Below the pieces are notes generated by a model, which worked only from the letters and a program-made list of their open reading frames with translations, ran no database searches and was not told the origin of the DNA. Source: Candidatus Saccharimonadota bacterium (lineage in GTDB: Bacteria > Patescibacteriota > Saccharimonadia > Saccharimonadales > Saccharimonadaceae). From it: DNA of 64,000 nt. The stretch spans positions 34,600 through 98,599 of the forward strand of contig WRNW01000001.1 of assembly GCA_009776375.1 (NCBI GenBank), written 5' to 3'. Shown in pieces: positions 62,313-64,000 of the stretch (position 1 is the first letter of the stretch; each line of letters opens with the position of its first letter). The translations under genes were made by a program, and so were the position numbers.

Positions 62313-62321
62313 TGATAAAAT
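62313..62321 (+). promoter_or_regulatory. extended -10 TGATAAAAT for gene 62342-62911
   Basis: Leader with GAGGAGGG. Confidence 0.5.
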
Positions 62322-62341
62322 AGCCCGAGAGGAGGGTTATT

Positions 62342-62911
62342 ATGTTTAAAAATTTATCAACCAAAACAAAAATTTTAGCGGGAGTGGCGATAGTCGCGAT
62401 TATCGCTGCGGCGATCGTGCTAGTAATAATTCTAACGGGTGGTAACACGAATGACACGAATAAGACGAACGAGCCAAATGGCACAAATTCGCCTAGTAAC
62501 AGCACCGGTTATAGCGATATAAAAAATGCTGCGAATATGTTGCCAGATCAGACGGCACTGGATTATATTTTGGCGGAACTAGATGGTTATTGGGTTTCTG
62601 GAGCCTGGTTCGTCGGATTTTCTAGCCAGGGTCTTGAATATGGACTATTGCAAAGCGGGTACTGGATTAGCGGCGAGATTGTTGGTTCGGGTGTGACGGG
62701 GGAAAATTCGTTTGGGCTGACCCTGCTGATACCGGCTAGGATGGCGACCGAGCTGGAAAATATAGATTTGCAGCCAGAGCACAGCGAGACGGTTTATGTT
62801 GATGTTAGTAATTTTAGCGACGGACGGATCAATATAAAGCTGGAAAACTCAACTGATAACCAGTGGTATACTTATGAATATATCGGGAAGTCCTTGACGG
62901 AGATAGAATAA
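62342..62911 (+). CDS. membrane-anchored exported hypothetical protein
   Basis: TM helix ILAGVAIVAIIAAAIVLVIIL; AGGAGGG RBS. Confidence 0.5.
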   Translation: MFKNLSTKTKILAGVAIVAIIAAAIVLVIILTGGNTNDTNKTNEPNGTNSPSNSTGYSDIKNAANMLPDQTALDYILAELDGYWVSGAWFVGFSSQGLEYGLLQSGYWISGEIVGSGVTGENSFGLTLLIPARMATELENIDLQPEHSETVYVDVSNFSDGRINIKLENSTDNQWYTYEYIGKSLTEIE

Positions 62912-64000
62912 TGAAAACTCTCAAATCAAAGTGGGGTTTATGGCTAATCGCCGCCGCCCTAGCCCCCATCGCTTTCCCGATGAGCGCCAGCGCTGCCACC
63001 GCCATCACCAGTGCATCAGCAACCATACCAGAACCAATCGGTCAGCAAAAGTTCGCCGATATGACTTCCAGCAGTGTTGGAAACTCTACTCAATATCAAT
63101 TCGCGTCTATTTCCTGGTTTGCCTGTACCAATTCCAGTTATAGTTCTTGTGATAAAGCAACATATCTTAGTAGTGCTGATACTGCTGTTGGTGGTAAATA
63201 TTATATATCTCAAGTCGTCTTGGTTGCTAAATCAGGATATGAAATTCATAACATCAATCAAGCAAATGTTACTATCAACGGCTCGCCTGTAACATCCTTT
63301 TCCAGTGCAGCATCTACGCTTTCTTCAATAACGATTACTAGTAAAGTTTTCCAAGCCAAACAGGTTTATTCTTTCACTCTAACTCCATCAAAAAACTATA
63401 CCTTTCCCGCCAAAACAGTCGGCTATAGTTCGGCAGATTCCTACTCGGTTACGATCTCAAATAAGACTAAAGCGGCTTATAGTTTAATGATTACTCTGTC
63501 TGGGCCGCAAGCTTTTAACTTCACCACGTCACCAACATCTGTGTCGCTGACAGCAACGGGCCCAAATAGCACCCAGGCCTTCAAAGTAACGCCAAAAACT
63601 GGCCTAGCAGCGGGGACATATTCCGCGACAGTCACCGTACAAGGCACTAACGCACCAGCCAAAAGTTTCAATGTCAGTTTCAAAGTTAATCCTGCCGCCG
63701 CTCCCACCATCTATTCCATCACCATCCAAAACGACGGTCACGGCACCGGCAGTTCCAGCCCCACCGCCACCGCCACCGGCACGGCGGTAGATCTAATCGC
63801 TACGCCTGAGTCTGGCTATAAGTTCAAAAGCTGGCAGGTAGTCAGCGGCGGCGTCACCGTCACCAACAACAAATTCATCATGGGCACCGCTAACGTAGTC
63901 ATCAAAGCTCTCTTCGAACCTCTACCATCGGGACATTACGCCGTCAACGTCTCTGGCGGAGTCGGCGGGACGGCCTATGCCGATGTTACCTCCGCTGCGT
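62911..64000 (+). CDS. secreted multi-domain surface protein, partial (runs off right edge)
   Basis: Not in ORF track (no stop). ATG 62911 overlaps the previous TAA. Signal peptide MKTLKSKWGLWLIAAALAPIAFPMSASA. B-repeat-like modules (YSITIQNDGHG...GYKFKSWQV...IKALFEP). Confidence 0.65.
   Translation, partial: MKTLKSKWGLWLIAAALAPIAFPMSASAATAITSASATIPEPIGQQKFADMTSSSVGNSTQYQFASISWFACTNSSYSSCDKATYLSSADTAVGGKYYISQVVLVAKSGYEIHNINQANVTINGSPVTSFSSAASTLSSITITSKVFQAKQVYSFTLTPSKNYTFPAKTVGYSSADSYSVTISNKTKAAYSLMITLSGPQAFNFTTSPTSVSLTATGPNSTQAFKVTPKTGLAAGTYSATVTVQGTNAPAKSFNVSFKVNPAAAPTIYSITIQNDGHGTGSSSPTATATGTAVDLIATPESGYKFKSWQVVSGGVTVTNNKFIMGTANVVIKALFEPLPSGHYAVNVSGGVGGTAYADVTSAA

Overview
This is 64 kb of a compact, nearly gap-free bacterial chromosome. 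The gene content (split transketolase, gatCAB, many Nudix and small membrane proteins, ATGA stop/start overlaps, UGA used as a stop) suggests a Patescibacteria/CPR genome, possibly Saccharibacteria-like; that placement is inference. I call about 74 protein genes and 2 tRNAs (Gln-CUG, Ala-CGC). I found no rRNA, CRISPR, transposase or integrase. Housekeeping content: gatC/gatA-like/gatB, uvrB, a sugar-phosphate operon (gap-rpiB-rpe-tktN-tktC-fba-PfkB kinase), a RelA/SpoT homologue, ppa, pheS/pheT, rmuC, trxB, an acyl-CoA ligase with plsC, trmD, rpsP, rnc, nusB, an L32-like gene, leuS, murF, a P-type ATPase, ligA, htpX and lemA. Four things stand out. (1) At least nine short palindromic, MITE-like elements sit in frame inside essential genes: gatA-like, tktN, rpe, pheT (four copies), leuS and ligA. 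This recalls Rickettsia palindromic elements. (2) A plus-strand operon at 17.9-23.4 kb encodes five paralogous TasA/camelysin-like secreted proteins, an archaeal/SipW-type signal peptidase I fused to a polytopic membrane domain, and a two-TM protein. It is a candidate signal-peptidase-dependent surface-fibre system. (3) The promoter grammar is very regular: an extended -10 (TGnTAnAAT), placed 6-9 nt from the start codon at about 18 genes, which implies leaderless mRNAs. The same grammar exposes several promoter-plus-terminator units that look like small RNAs or attenuators. (4) The conserved gatCAB and pheST operons are split by accessory cassettes, including a gatB 5' remnant and a MazF-like/MazG-like pair. 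All family assignments come from motifs read by eye; no searches were run.
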